From: the human T2T-CHM13v2.0 reference genome, Homo sapiens
Assembly: GCF_009914755.1 (NCBI RefSeq)
Contig: NC_060947.1
Length of the DNA: 64,000 nt
Strand: one strand, 5' to 3'
Notes under the pieces: generated by a model
What the model was told of the DNA's origin: nothing
Databases searched by the model: none
What the model saw: only the letters and a program-made list of their open reading frames with translations
Position numbers and translations under genes: made by a program
In this document: positions 1 through 15,000 of the stretch, piece by piece
Numbering within the stretch: position 1 is the stretch's first letter
Layout of the letters: every line of letters starts with the position of its first letter

Positions 1-19
1 GACATACCCATGGGAGTAC

Positions 20-900
20 GTATCTAATATGAATGTCAAACTTAACATAAACAGACCTTTTGATTTTTTTCCATCAGACCTCCCAGCATAAACAACAAAC
101 AAACCTGCTGAGCCCTCACTGATTAACTGGTTCCATTATGACCCGATGACTAAAGTCAAATTTATAAATGCTTTTATAAACTTCATATCTAATCATCAGT
201 GAATCTTGTCTCCTGTACCTCGCATCCCCCAAATCTGGCCACTTTTCTGTTTCTTCATTATCACTACCTTATCTCAACCCTTATTACTTCTCACCTAGAC
301 TGTTACAATTATTTCCTGTCATGTTTTTTTTCTTTTGTCACCATACAATTAAATCTCCCTTCTTCCTCTACAGATACAATAATCTTTGAAAAGGTAGACC
401 AGGTAATTTTACTCCACTGACTTCCTATAACCCTAAGGCAAAGATCTGAATATTTTAACCTGGTCTACAAAATCCTTCATGTCCTAACCTCTGCCTAGCT
501 TTTTACCCCACGTCATTCCCTTTCCCACTTGCATCTCAGGCCAACTCCTACATTAGCATCTTTATGTAGTTAGTAGATGTTTCTCTGCATGAAATGTTCT
601 TACTTCAGATCATCTCTATGTGGGCTTCTCCCTTAATTGATACTTTCTCAGAAATCTTAATTAAGTGATACTTTCTCAGAAATGCCTTTCCTGACCTAAC
701 GAAAGTAGGAACAGTCACTCTCAATCACTTCAACCTATTACAGTTGTCAGTGTGGAACTTATGCTCTCTAAAATCTTTCTTATTTTACTTATTTACTGAT
801 TAATTATGTATCTTTATCTGCACAAAATAATCTCCATTTTATCCCCACTGTCTGGAGCTTTGCCTGTTCTAGAATCTGAACTCTTTGTATGAATTAAATA
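20..900 (+). mobile_element. LINE-2 (L2) 3' region, highly diverged
   Basis: Degenerate matches to the L2 3' consensus (TCTCACCTAGACTGTTACAAT, CCCTAAGGCAAAGATCTGAA, CCTTTCCTGACC); boundaries approximate. Confidence 0.65.
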
Positions 901-1043
901 AGGATGAAGTCAAAACAAACTGTACTGTTTTTTGTTTCAAGTATCAGGCGATATTTAACTATTTGAAGTTATGGGACTACCAAAGTTACTCCTTCTGGTT
1001 GACACTTTACTGAGACAAACACCAGTGATATGAAATTTCCATA

Positions 1044-1371
1044 TAGTCATGCATCACTTAACAACAGGCATATGTTCTAAATGCATTCTTAGACAATTTT
1101 TTGTTGTGGAAACATCAGAGTGTACTTACAGAAACCTAGATAGTATAGCCTACTACAAACCTAAGCTATATGGTAGAGCCTGTTACTCCTACAAACATGT
1201 TACTGTACTGAATACTTAGGCAATTTGAACACAAAGGTAAGTAATTGTGTATCTAAACATTTCTTAACATAGAAAAGGTACAATTCAAATACAATATTAT
1301 AACCTTATGCTACCACTATCATATTATGTGGCCTGTTATTGACAGATACATTGTTATTCTGTTCATGACTG
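1044..1371 (-). mobile_element. Tigger3a (TcMar-Tigger non-autonomous DNA transposon)
   Basis: Terminal inverted repeats (T)AGTCATGCA...TCATGACTG flanked by TA at 1042-1043 and 1372-1373; interior GTGTACTTACA.AAACCTAGAT.GTATAGCCTACTAC matches the Tigger3a reverse complement. Confidence 0.85.
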
Positions 1372-2614
1372 TATTAGTACCAGGTTGTGGCTGTTTCTAA
1401 TATATCCTCTCCCACTCCTCTCATTCCTTACTGAAGTCACCAGGGTAGTAGCAAATCACTGGAACCAGACCTATAATATATCTGACTTGGTATCTGTAAC
1501 TGTTCTGAGAAACATGTGTTGAAAGGCAGCCAGGCTGCCTGATGATTATTTAGTAGCTGTCTTTCTTTACTGAACAACAGTGAATAATATCTTTGATCTC
1601 TGCCACTGAGAAATAAACAGAACCCATCAGGAATTTAATCCCTGGGAATGATTTTCACATTTCCTGGTATAGACGTTTGATTTTGAAGCTCATATGGTTT
1701 GCACAATAAATATTTACCTATTTATGTCAAAATGCATGTTAAATCATTTTTATGGTTGGTGTGAGGAATTTGTGAAACAATCCCATCCTTTTGTTATTAC
1801 TGTGTTTTTGTAAGAGGACTTCTCACACCTTAACCTCATCAATAGTTTTTCCTGTGTGTTAATGCAACAAAATGGAAGCAAAAAGATATATTTTGTTTTC
1901 ATTTATTTTATTCACCTGAATCTATCCAGAGGGAAAGCACTGGAAGTGTTTTCTTTTTAAGAGTGTTAACTTGTATTCTTGGTAAGATCTCATCAAAAGC
2001 TTAAATAACGAAGGTAAGAGTCAGTATTCTGTGGACAGCTTAGCTCTACACAAGACCTTCTGTCCATCTTGCTAGTTATTTTCCAGTTAATGGAAATCTT
2101 ATAGACAGAAAAGCTCATGTTAGCTTCTCCCGCATAGTATTATGTCAACAATCCTTACTCTAATCCTTGATGCAGCTCTTTACCTAAATGTTATAGAGAT
2201 GGAGAATCACAGCTGCCAGCAATTCAAAATATAACATGCAGTAGCTATTTTTTAAAAAAAATTTTATTTGCTCTCATAAAAATACCATCTTAAAGGGTTT
2301 TTGAAAATTTACTTGTGATTTTGTCTTTTTTTAAAGTATTGAGAAAACTATTGAGTCTGAAGTAAAGTCTCTAAAATACATCTTGTCTTATTGTAAAGTA
2401 ATATGACTGATATTTTGTGTGAATTTTAGAATTAGTTTTTTCACTTTATAGATTCATTACATAGTGGCACTTGATTTAAACATTGCATCAGTACTGTAGC
2501 CCTTGGGCATCGTGTATAGAGTGTCTATTAGCTTTAACTCATTTCTAAAAAATTAACTTCTAAGAATAAGAAAAATATTGAAAACTCTTGAAAGTAAGTT
2601 AGAAACGACCATGA

Positions 2615-2934
<320 letters not shown>

Positions 2935-3749
2935 GATTTTTTTTTTTTCCTGCAAAACCATCTAAGGGAGGTGTTTGGGTTTTCAAGGAAATACCGGCTA
3001 TAAGCATCATTGGATGTTTTGGTGGGGTGGGTTTTTTGAAAATGTGTATGCAGATAACAGTGAGTGATATTGCATAAGTATTTTAACTACTTAGATTGTT
3101 TAAATTTGGTTAACATAAAATCAAGGAAATGGCTTGCATTATTCTATCTTTTCTTTTCTAAACAGTGTTTCCTTAACAATTAATTCTAACAAGTCTTGGA
3201 ACCATGGGCACTTTCTTTCCTCCTGTCACCATGATTGATCCCTATTTTGTTGGAAAGTGAAAATTGAGCAGTTTTAACTCTAAAGGCTAACATTATGGAA
3301 AAAAATTTCAACTGAATTTGCTAGTAAATGCTTTGTATGAAAATATTTAGAATTTAAGTACTTCTCTTTACAGACAAAATCATTTATTTTCAGTGTATTA
3401 TGAACATAGTTCCTAGTAGGGTATGTAAATGATTCACTTTTAAATTATGAATATTTTCTTCCAAATTCCATTGTTAAAATTAGTAAGTGTAAAGTATGAC
3501 TTTTAAGCAATATTTCATTAGCTATCATTAACAAGTATTTAACCACCTTGTTTCAAATTAGTTAGCTAATGAGGTATAAATTATTAAATCTGAAAATTTT
3601 ATTTGGACAAGTATTGTATCATTAATTTAAAATGATTACAATGTAGTTGAATTGTTATTCAGTATTTAATATTTTATTGCCTATAAAAATAAATAATAGC
3701 CATGCAAACTTATTTTTCAAATGGTGTTATCTGTGCTATATTTAAAATA

Positions 3750-4077
<328 letters not shown>

Positions 4078-5562
4078 TTAGGTTTGCATATATGAGCATA
4101 TGCATTTATAACTAGATGGAAACTTCCTTAAATATTTAACATTTCTCCTTAAATTTTATATTTTATAGTACTTTTTTATGGTTAGATTCTAAGTTCTACT
4201 TACATTCAGTGTGTATACAAATTGAGATAGGGGTTGTAATGGAATATATAACTTGAATATTTCTATTTGCATTGCCATAGCATCATTTTATTTTGCTCTT
4301 AGCAAAATCTTTCTATAGAGGCTTTTTCTCCTTTCAGTTGTAAAGAATCTCTTATCTTTAAAAAATATGTCTCATTATTTTCTTACAATGTAATAGTAAA
4401 AACAAAAATACCATCAGGTTTTTCTCGATCCTTCCTATTTTCCTGGATGTGTGCTTTTGTGTTTTTATTGATATGGATAAATACATCTTCAAATTCAAGT
4501 ACTAGCGTTTCAGAGAAGTAATATGCTTCTTTTGTTCTGGTTCCTCTTAAATGTTAGTAATAAAGAAACAATTAACCTAGATATAGAACAACTCAGTGAA
4601 GGGAAAATGTCTTCATGGGTCCCTTGAGAAAGACCTATTTAGCTTTTTATGTTTCTAATTTTTAACATTGAGTATAGAGTATATAGCTGTCTTTACACTT
4701 TTTTTTTTTTACATTTTAGCTTATTTGTAATGCTAACAGGTAAAGTAGAAAAAAAAATCACTAAAAAAATGGGGATTTAGTAGAAAAAGAAAACTCAGTC
4801 CCTAAATAATATCCTACACATTTACATTATTTCCTTATGATATTTTAAGTGTTCCCTATGAATATTTTTATTTTCAAAATGCCAAAGTTATCAGTAATTT
4901 TAAAGCTAATACTGCCAATCTTACTCTTCCAATTCTACTCCTAATCTTTTCCTCCTAAATGCTTGATCCAAGTACCTCCCTTTGGGACAAGTACCAAATG
5001 TCTTTCTCCATATGATTTTTTGAATGAATTCTGAGTGAGTTAATTAATTAATTCTAGGAATTAATATTTCTTTGATTTCTAGCAAGCCAGAGCATTTTCT
5101 TCAAATGTGCATTAACCATGTGTTAATTATATCTTTATGTATACACTGTAGACATTGTGTATGTGTCTGTAGATTTCCAGCTTGGATTTATACATTTTAA
5201 TTTTCATTGGTTTGCTTTTACTGTCTTAGGCCCCTCAATCCGTGGGTAGACCTTGGAGGAGCAAGCTTTCAGATCTTTTCCACTGGAGTTCTCTCCCCCA
5301 TTGCAGCTCAGTGGCCATCATGATATCTACCAGAACATTCAGTTTTCTGAAACTGTGTAAACACTCTTGTAAAAACACAGTGTAGAGTCACTGTGGGAGA
5401 GTGTCTTCAACCACCATTCCTATCCTGTAACTGAACATAGCTGATAATATGTCAGTAGTTTTATTTTTGTCCATCATTCAAATAGAGTTCCACAGTAATT
5501 GTTTCCTCTTGGAAGATAACTTGCTTAGCAGTGGGGAAAAAAATGGATTAGACAGGGTAAAA

Positions 5563-6196
5563 TGTTATCGGAAATGGGCCCTGATCCAGAACCCTAGAGA
5601 GGGTTCTTAGACCTCACACAAGAAAGTATTCGGGGAGAGTCCGTACAGTAAAGTGAACACCAGTTTATTAGGAAAGTAAAGGATTGAAGAATGGCTACCC
5701 CATAGGCAGAGCAGCGGCATGGGCTGCTTGACTGAGTATACCTATAGTTATTTCTTGATTATATGCTAAATAAAGGGTGGATTATTCATGAGTTTTCTGG
5801 GAAAAGGGCAGGCAATTCCTGGAACTGAGGGATCCTCCCCCTTTTAAACCATGTAGGGTAACTTTTGGATGTTGCCATGGCATTTGTAAACTGTCATGGT
5901 GCTGATGGGAGTGTATTTTAGCATGCTAATGCATAATAATTAGCATATAATAAACAGTGAGGACGACCAGAAGTCATTTTCATTGCCATCTTCGGTTTGG
6001 TGGGTGTTGGCCAGCTTCTTTACTCCATCCTTTTCTGTCAGCAAGGTCTTTGTGACCTGTATCTTGTACAAACCTCCTATCTCATCCTGTGACTAAGAAT
6101 GCCTGACCTCATGGAGATGCAGCCCAGTAGGTCTCAGCCTCATTTTACCCAGCTCCTAGTCAAAATGGAGTCACTCTGGTTCGAACACCTCTGACA
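5563..6196 (-). mobile_element. MER41B solo LTR (ERV1)
   Basis: 634 bp with TG...CA ends and 4-bp TSD AAAA (5559-5562 / 6197-6200); the minus strand begins TGTCAGAGGTGTTCGAACCAGAGTGACTCCATTTTG, as in MER41; tandem-GAS segment present. Confidence 0.9.
5795..5824. promoter_or_regulatory. Tandem GAS (STAT1-type) motifs within MER41B
   Basis: TTCTGGGAA (5795-5803) and TTCCTGGAA (5816-5824) both fit TTCNNNGAA; binding is not shown by sequence alone. Confidence 0.6.
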
Positions 6197-6344
6197 AAAA
6201 TATTCTAAGTATAAATACATCAAACCACATTGAAAAATTCATCACCAAGTTACTTTCAGTACAGTTCATTACCCCATATCTAAAAGCGATCTTGAAATCT
6301 GCTTGGTTGTTAGTGGAGACGTTTCACTTCCTTGTTATTAAAAA

Positions 6345-7520
6345 CCTTTTCGCTAACTGCCTTATTAAGATATTATTCATATACCATACAGTTCATGCCT
6401 TTAAAGTGTACAATTAAATTTTTTTTAGTATATTTACATAGTTGTGCAATTATCACCATAATCAATTTTACAATATTTTCATCACCCCCAAATGAAACAA
6501 TGTACCCATTAACAGTTACCACTCATATTGCTCCTAACCCTTCCCCCTCAGCCATAGGCAACTACTAATTTATTTCCTGTCTGTATGAGCTTGCCTATTC
6601 TGCACAATTTATATAAACAGAATAATACAATTTGTTGTTTCGTGACTGATTTCTTCCACTCAGCACAATGTTTTTAAGATTCATCCATATTAAAACATTT
6701 ATCAGTACTTCATTCTTTCTTATTGTTGAATTACATTCCATTGAATGGATATACCACATTTTATTTATCTGTTCATAATTTAATTGTCATTTAGGTTGTT
6801 TCTAGTTTTTGCCTGTTATAATGCTACTATGAACATCATTTACAAGTTATTGATGTGTTTTTCTGTCTTTATGAATAGAAATGCTGTGTCATATAGTAAC
6901 TCTATATTTAACTTCCTGGGGAACGGTCATACTTTCCAAAGAGGATGCACCATTTTATATTCTCATTATCTAATGTATGATGGTTCCAATTCTTCCATCT
7001 TTCTCAACAATACTTGTTGTTATCTGTCTTTTTTATTATAGCCATAACTGTTTTCAGCAGTTCTGTGGATTTATTTCACTTTCTTGATAGTGTCCTTTGA
7101 AGCACAATAGTTTTTAATTTTTTATAAAGTCTACTTTATTTTTTTTTAGTTTTTATTTTTGGTGTTATTTCTAAGAGATCATTGTCTAATCCAAGGTCAC
7201 AAATTTGATCCTATGTTTTCTTGCAGGTTTTGCTATAGTTATAGCCCTTACATTTAGTTAATCGATCGATTTACAATTAAATTTTTACAAAGCGTAAGGC
7301 AGAGTTCCAGCCTCCTTCCTTGGTTATATATATATATGGATATCCAGTTGTCTCAGCACCATTTGTTGAAAAAACTATTTTTTTCTCCCTTTAAATAACC
7401 TGGCACCTTTGTTAAAAAATAATGGATCATAAAAGTAAGTTTTATTTCTGGACTCTCAGTTCTACTCGTTGACTTATGTGTCCATCTTTACACCAGTACC
7501 ACACTATTTTGATTATCAGC
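6345..7520 (-). mobile_element. Old L1 3' end (L1MB-like), with internal deletion
   Basis: TTTAAAGTGTACAATT, CATCACCCCCAAA, GGCAACTACTAAT, CAGCACCATTTGTTGAAAA, CCAGTACCACACT: typical antisense L1MB 3'UTR/ORF2 end. Confidence 0.8.
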
Positions 7521-8343
7521 ACTGAGAGAACTTTAAATGGTTTATGGGGAGAGAGTAGCTTTGGGCTTCCCTGAGGGTTATGTCTTGCAAAACTGGAAGC
7601 TCAGCCATGCTACTGTTACAGGAATTATTGGCTCTTGTATGATGTGAGACTTGTAATCCAGGGTGACTCCCACGTCTATCAAATGTGGACACTGGTTTAT
7701 CTTCTGGAGGGTCAAGGAGAATAATTTATGAATTAACATATTGACTGTTGAACGTATTCTCATTGAAGAGGAATACCTAATGCTGCCCCGCTAAGATGCT
7801 GTTCTTCTGCCTTCTGTTCTCAGAATGGATCTGATGCCAAGTATAGACTATAGTGATCTTGTGAGTCTCAGTGTTCAGCAGAGCCAAAGATGAAGACTAG
7901 GTTTGTGCCTAGACATAGAAACGGGGTGTAAAAGGGTTTAAGCTACTTGGCATTTGTCTGTGAGGAAGTGTATTTCACACATATTGGCAGAGTATGTTTG
8001 TAATTAGGCAAATATAGGTCACTGGAATTGATCTGCTGTGAACTAATTGATCTACCTTGAACAAACCCTGTAACCACTGAGCCACAGCCTCTTCAACTGT
8101 AAAATTTAAAGACTAGTAATTGATAGTCTCTATCCCTCATGCTGAATCGAGCATCCTATGACTTGTCTAAGATTGTTCACACTGTAGTTTGATACTTTCT
8201 TACATTCCTGAAAATGTGAGTTTTGAGGTTTTTTCAGATGATTTTCTCTATGGGAAAAAATAGCATACAGAACATTCTCATGACCTCAGACTAGATAATA
8301 AATGACTGAGCAATGGAACTGTAACTGTGAATATTGAAAATTA

Positions 8344-8507
<164 letters not shown>

Positions 8508-9660
8508 GTGAGCCCCTGAGTGTACTGTAATGATATAATAACCATTTCTATATACTTATGTGTGTATATATATATGTATGTATGTATGCATAATATGATA
8601 TAAATCATATTATGGTGATGCTTTTGATTGAAAGACAAGGAGATCTTAGAGTGAGTGGTTTTAACTCTGATTATGCTGCTCCCTGATATACCACAATGGG
8701 TGATAACACTTCCATGAGCTTCAGGTTCCTCCTCTTCACAATAAAAGTTTTGTGTCACTTGAGTTCAGATTTTCCTTTCAACTCTAAAATTATATGATTA
8801 ATGACATGATATTCTTCATATACATCCATGCTTCTTTGACTATTTAGGCCATAGTGTCTCTCTCTAATACAAATTTTCAGATAATTTGCCAAACTGAATT
8901 TTCAAGACATTCCTTCTCAGAAACATGGCCTCCAATAAACAGGTTTTACATATTTTTTCCTTTTCCTGTTGGCCCTAACGCTGTCAATCTTAGCCTCATC
9001 GTCTAGCATAGTCATTTATGCAGGATCCTGTGTAAAGTTGATGAAAAATTCTGTCAATATGAAATATATTGAAGATTGCCAGTTTACCTTTTTATTCATT
9101 TATTGTCATGTCACTTGAAAGATATTAACGTTTATATCTGTCTAAAAATTTACTCTCTGAAAACAATAAATAACATTTGGCCTTTTGTGTTACCGTTTCT
9201 ATTGAATAATTATTCTGAGGTCCCCTTTCACCCATGAAAGCACAGTAACTTGTACTCTAAAGTCCTACAAAGTATTAGATATATAATATCTAGGCATAAG
9301 GTAAAATCTATTATTATGCTTGGGTCCTTAGGCTGTGAGAGTGACCAGTTTTTACTTTCCTACCTACTTGATTAAGGTAACTCCAGTGAGGTAGAAAATA
9401 AGGGAACTGAGTCAAGAACACAAAGTGTGGTATGTAATTGCCATTTTAGATATCATTAGTAGTCACACTCCCGAAACATTAAAAATTAATGACAGAGTCA
9501 GGAAGAGGAGAGAAGGTGTCTTTTGCATTGCCATAATTTTTACAATGTCTACATGCTGTCCTATAGCCTGGAATATGAGATTTTTAAAATCATGGTTACT
9601 ATCATCACTCAAGTGTCTTAGGCTGAAAAGGACATTTTCCATATTTCATAAATTCAAGTC

Positions 9661-11685
9661 CCAGCCAGAGTAATCAGGCAAGAGAAACAAATAAAGGACA
9701 TCCAAATAGGAAGAGAGGAAGTCAAATTATCCTGTTGGAGACAACATGATTCTATATCTAGAAAACCCTATAGTTTTGTCCCCAAAGCTCCTTCACCTGA
9801 TAACTTCAGCAAAGTTTCAGGATACAAAATCAATGTACAAAAATCATTAGCATTCCTATACACCAACAGCCCAGCTGAGAGCCAAATCAGGAATGTAATC
9901 CGTGTCACAGTTGCCACAAAAATAATGAAATACCTAGGAATACAGCTAACTAGTGACATGAAAGATCTCTACAATGAGAGCTACAAAACACTGCTCAAAG
10001 AAATCAGAGATGACACAGACAAATGGGAAAACATTCCATGCTAAGGGATGGGAAGAATCAATATTATTAAAATGGCAATACTATCCAAAGCAATTTACAG
10101 ATTCAATGCTATTCCTATCAAACTAACAATGATGTTTTTCACAGAAGTACAAAAAATAATTTTAAAATTCATATGGAACCAAAAAAGAGTCCAAATAGCC
10201 AAGACAATCCTAAGCAAAAGTACAAAGCTGGAGGCATCATGTTAACTGACTTCAAGCTATACAACAGAGCTACAGTAATCAAAACAGCATGGTACTGGTA
10301 CAAAAACAGGCACATAAACCAATGAAACAGAATAGAGAGCTCAGAAATAAGGCTATATACCTAAAACCATCTGATCTTCAAACAAAGCTGACAAAAACAA
10401 GCAATGGTGAAAAGACTCCCCAGTTATTCAATAAACGGTGCTGAGATAACTGGCTAGCCACATCCAGATTGAAACTGGACCCCCTCCTTATACCATATAC
10501 AAAAATCAGCTCAAGATGCATTAATGACTTAAATGTAAAACTTGAAGCTATAAAAACCTTGGAAAATAACCCAGGCAATACCATTCTGGACGTAGGAATA
10601 GGCAAATATATATTTCATGACAAAGATGCCAAAAGCAATTGCGACAAAAGCAAAAAATTGAAAAACGGTATCTAATTAAACTTAAGAGCTTCTGCACAGC
10701 AAAAGAAACTATCAACAGAGTAAACAGACAGCCTACAGAATGGGAGAAAACATTTGCAAACTATATATCTGACAAAGATATAATATCCAGCATCTATGAG
10801 GAACTTAAAAAAATTTGAAGCAAAAAACAGTCCCATTAAAAAGTGGGCAAGGGCATGAACAGATACTTTTCAAAAGAAGACATACATGTGGCCAACAAGT
10901 ATATGAAAAAAAGGTCACTATCATTGATCATTAGAGAAATGCAAATCAAAACCACAATGAGATACCATCTCGTACCAGTCAGAATGGCTATTATTATTAA
11001 TAAACAGTAAAAAAAAAAAAATAACAGATGCTGGCTGGTTGTAGAGAAAAGAGAACACTTACACACTGTTAGTAGGAATATAAATTAGTTTAGCCATTGT
11101 GGAAAGCAGTGTGACGATTCCTCAAAGACCTAAAAACAGAACTACCATTCACTCAGCAATTCCATTACTGGGTATATGCCCAAAGGAATATAAATTATTC
11201 TACCATAAAGACACATGCATGCATATGTTCATTGCCGCAGTATTCACAATAGCAAAGACATAGAATAAATCTAACTGTCCATCAATGACAGACTGGATAA
11301 AGAAAATCTGGTGCATATACACCATGGAATACTATGCAGCCATAAAAAGAGTGATATCATGTCTTTTGCAGAAACTAGGATGGAGATGAAGGCCATTATC
11401 CTTAGCAAGCTAACACAGGAATAGAAAACCAAATACCGCATGTTTTCACTTATAAGTGAGAGTTAAATGATGAGAACTCACGGACACAAAGAAGGTAACA
11501 ACAGACACAGGGGCCTACTTCAGGGTGGAGGGTGGGAAGAGAGGATTACAAAAAAATAACGATTGTTTACTACGTTTAGTACCTGGGCCATGAAATAATC
11601 TGTATAAAAACCTCCTGTGACATGAGTGCACCTATATAATAAACTCCACATGTACCCCTGTACCTAAAATAAAAGTTTTTAAAAA
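9661..11685 (+). mobile_element. 5'-truncated L1 (L1PA13-16 age), ORF2 3' half plus 3'UTR
   Basis: ORF2-like fragments ([25 protein letters not shown]; [15 protein letters not shown]) broken by frameshifts; old L1PA-type 3'UTR ending CCTAAAATAAAAGTT. Confidence 0.9.
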
Positions 11686-14109
11686 TAAGTCAAAGATGTA
11701 ATCTTTTCTCTCATGTTTTTATATCTCTGAAATCAAGACATATTTTACAATTGATTGGGAGCAATTTTCTTGCTTGAACATAAAATAACATTGAATCTCG
11801 TCATCAGAGTATCTTGGATTAGACAAATTTAGTATGTTCAGAGGCAACTTTAGGTAGGGAATGACAGACCTCAAATTCCAGTGTGTCACAGACTTATTAA
11901 ATAGGAATATGGTATGCAAAAATTTGCTGATTAATCAGCCCATCATAACTGAGGCTTGACTCTATGCCTATGTGCATTTTTACTTTGTCTTTCACTTCAA
12001 AGCAGGTGCAGCTGCACAGTATGAATTCAATACCCATGGTAAAGAGTCCCTTTAAAAGGCTATATTTTTATATTTAATATGTGGATACAGAAATAACAGA
12101 AAAAGATAAATAAGCTATCCAAATGCAAAGAAAATTACATTCATAGACATACCTCTTATTACCTTTTCCTCTCAACTCTGCAGAAAATATGAAGCAGGTT
12201 GGAATGTTCATTTTATGTGGCTCTCAAGGTACTATTCTCATAAAGGTAAAATGAGAAACAGTAAATTATTGTGAAGTTTAGTAATAAGAGCAAAAAAGAC
12301 ATATATTTATGAGAGCAAAAATATTGAGTAGCATTTGGCCAAAGGATCTTGAAACTGATTTGAATTGATTTAACCAGTGTAAATAAAAATGATTTATCAA
12401 TAAAAGCTTATTTCTAGAAGTGTTTTTTTCCTGTTTTTACTGTTCTTTTCAGAAGCGTTCCTTTGCTTATGAACAGTTTAGAATATGATCTTTTTGTCAA
12501 ATAAAATTTCCAGCACCTTGCAATATCAGAGACGATTTTCTTTCTAGAAGTTTTAGAAGACGTCATTATGTGTCATTCTAGACAAATAAGATGTGTTTGG
12601 CTGAAATGTTTTAGAAGTCTCTAAGGAAAGAAATAACCTGTTGATTATATTTTGACTTACTTGGGGAAATGGAAAGTCACAGCCAAGATAATGCTAAGTC
12701 TCCACCAATCACATTTTATTATGTGGTGTGCTTGCCTTTGGCCCTCTCTCTACCCCTTGGAGGAACAGGTAAATATTGGCACAAGTCAGATGAACCCTAC
12801 CCATCACTTTTTGGATATATCTACATGTCATAAGAATTATGACATGATCAATCAATGTACCAGCTAATTTTCATAAATGCTGTACCTCATGAATGGAGAA
12901 TTGAGTTGAGCATGAGTGAAAATTGGATTTTCCCCACTCAGAAAAAAATAAGCCACTATATATATTTTTTGTTTAGTTCTTTTTATTTTGGTTATTCTTC
13001 TTTTCCTTTATATTATTACTTAAATTTATTTATGATACTGCTTCAAGCAATATTTAACGTATCAACATTTTGAACAGTTTTAAGTATAAAAAAATTTGAA
13101 ATTCTGTTCTAGTGTGAAAATACACCAGTGAGTGACATATTTGAATGAACATTTGTAGAAGTATGTTGACCTTAAAAAGCAAAAGGATTTATTTTTCCTT
13201 TTATTCAACAGATATTCATATTTGTACCAGTCATTGTGTAAAGCTCTGGGGAATGTTTCACATTTTCAAAAGGGTAGAGATTAGCGTTTCATTTTGTTTT
13301 TGACTTATCTCTCTTGTTACAAGCTCTCTGCAAGATATTTACTTAAGAGTTGGATGAAATGGGTAAATAAAAAGAAATTTATGAGGCAGAAGAAAATGTG
13401 GAACCTTCAGACATCCCTTTTTGGTACCACTTTTATGACACTTTCATCTAATCTAGCTCCATCTCAATTGACCTCCATCTAATTAGTCATAAAAGAGAAT
13501 CAAGTTCTATACTGAGCAAGCATGCCTGTGCTTCATCAGTAACATTTAAGAAGGGGCAGAAATGAGTCAAACACTTAAAGATGCTGCTTTAAAAATTTTA
13601 ATGTGTTCTTCAAAGATGCAAGCTTATTAAAATTTTAGTTCTGAAGAAGTAAGCACAGTATCTAGTTTGGCTCCACTGATCCTTTTAGACATATGTCACA
13701 CACTTTCTTCTCATGCTCAAGAGGGTGATTACATCATTTGCATAGATGTCCGTTTTATCTCTAATAGATTATGAATTCCTTCAGGGAAATACTTGTTTTA
13801 AGGGGAATACCATGTTTTTAAAATCTTTATTTTGCAGAGAGTAACTATGCCATCACCTTGCATGTAATAGGTTTTTAATAAATCTAATTAAGTAAAAGTA
13901 CCATTGACTTCTGTTCTTGGTGGTCTCAAAGATAATACTTGAGTCTGCTAAATTTGGAGGACTACCATGTAGAAAAGAAAAGAAAAGAAATGCTTCTAAA
14001 GATTCCGAGTAAAGCTAGAAACATAGTTCCGTAGTTCCTAGTCTCTCCGTAGAGAGAATACGATAACTGAAGAGGGCTTTATATGCTGAGATGAAATTTA
14101 GTTTGTTCA

Positions 14110-14270
14110 AATCCGTAATGAATTGCCATCGGGAAGTACTGGACTGCTTGCCACTATAAGTGTTCAATCAGTCTGGACAAGATTTTGAGAGGAATTTTCT
14201 AGAGAGATCTTAGTCATCTAATTTGCGGCTGGCCTACTTGACCTTTTTCTTCTTTACTCCTGAATCTTGT
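14110..14270 (+). mobile_element. L3/CR1 3' fragment
   Basis: AATGAATTGCCATCGGGAAGTACTGG...CCACT..AAGTGTTCAA.CAG.CTGGA resembles the L3 3' end. Confidence 0.5.
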
Positions 14271-14689
14271 TTATAAAAAATGCAATGTAATAAAATATAA
14301 TTTATATTGTATGTAATATAAATTATTTATACCTCTGTGAATATATATGATAAACAAATGAATATATACAATGTAATGTTATATTACATCATGGGTCATT
14401 TTCTTCCTAAACTATAATCATTTTTACAGTTTTAAACCAAAAAGGTAGTGAAAATAAGCGAGCCCATATTAAATTTCTAGGAAGTATCCCTAAATTGTTT
14501 CCTCAGTCTTTTGACTTATTTCACATGGAATCCTAACATACGTGGTTGTCTGTTTTTCATGTCTCAATAAAAAAAGTTGACCATAATATAAAGGATAATT
14601 GGAACTTGGCCACATATAGGAATATAAGACATCTAATAGTAAAAAAAAAAAAAAAAAAAGTTTATAATTAAAGAGAATCGTAAGTTTTA

Positions 14690-15000
14690 TAATGACTTAG
14701 AGGCATCAGATGAAAGAGAAAACTTGTTCTGTGCAATCCCAGGGGAAAGAATTAGGAAAAATGAGGTCAAAGCTGAAAGAAGTACAGGTTTCTGTTTAAT
14801 ATAAGGAAGATATTTTTAACATTTTTCTGAAAACGGACAATTTTGCCTCAAGTAGTTTCATCTTAACAGATAATATATTTTCAAGCACAAAATGAAAAAC
14901 CATGTAATAAAGATATTGCAGAATACATCCAAGAATCCGATGAGACATTATCTTAGTTTTCTACTTTAAATATGCAAGCTCCTTAAAACTTCTATAGATC
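14690..15000 (+). mobile_element. L3/CR1 fragment
   Basis: ACTTGTTCTGTG...AGAATTAGGA..AATG...TTTAATATAAGGAAGA.ATTTTTAAC resembles the L3 consensus. Confidence 0.5.

Noticed and set aside
1524-1540. AGGCAGCC-A-GGCTGCCT palindrome
   Set aside because: About one 8-bp-arm palindrome of this spacing is expected by chance in 64 kb.
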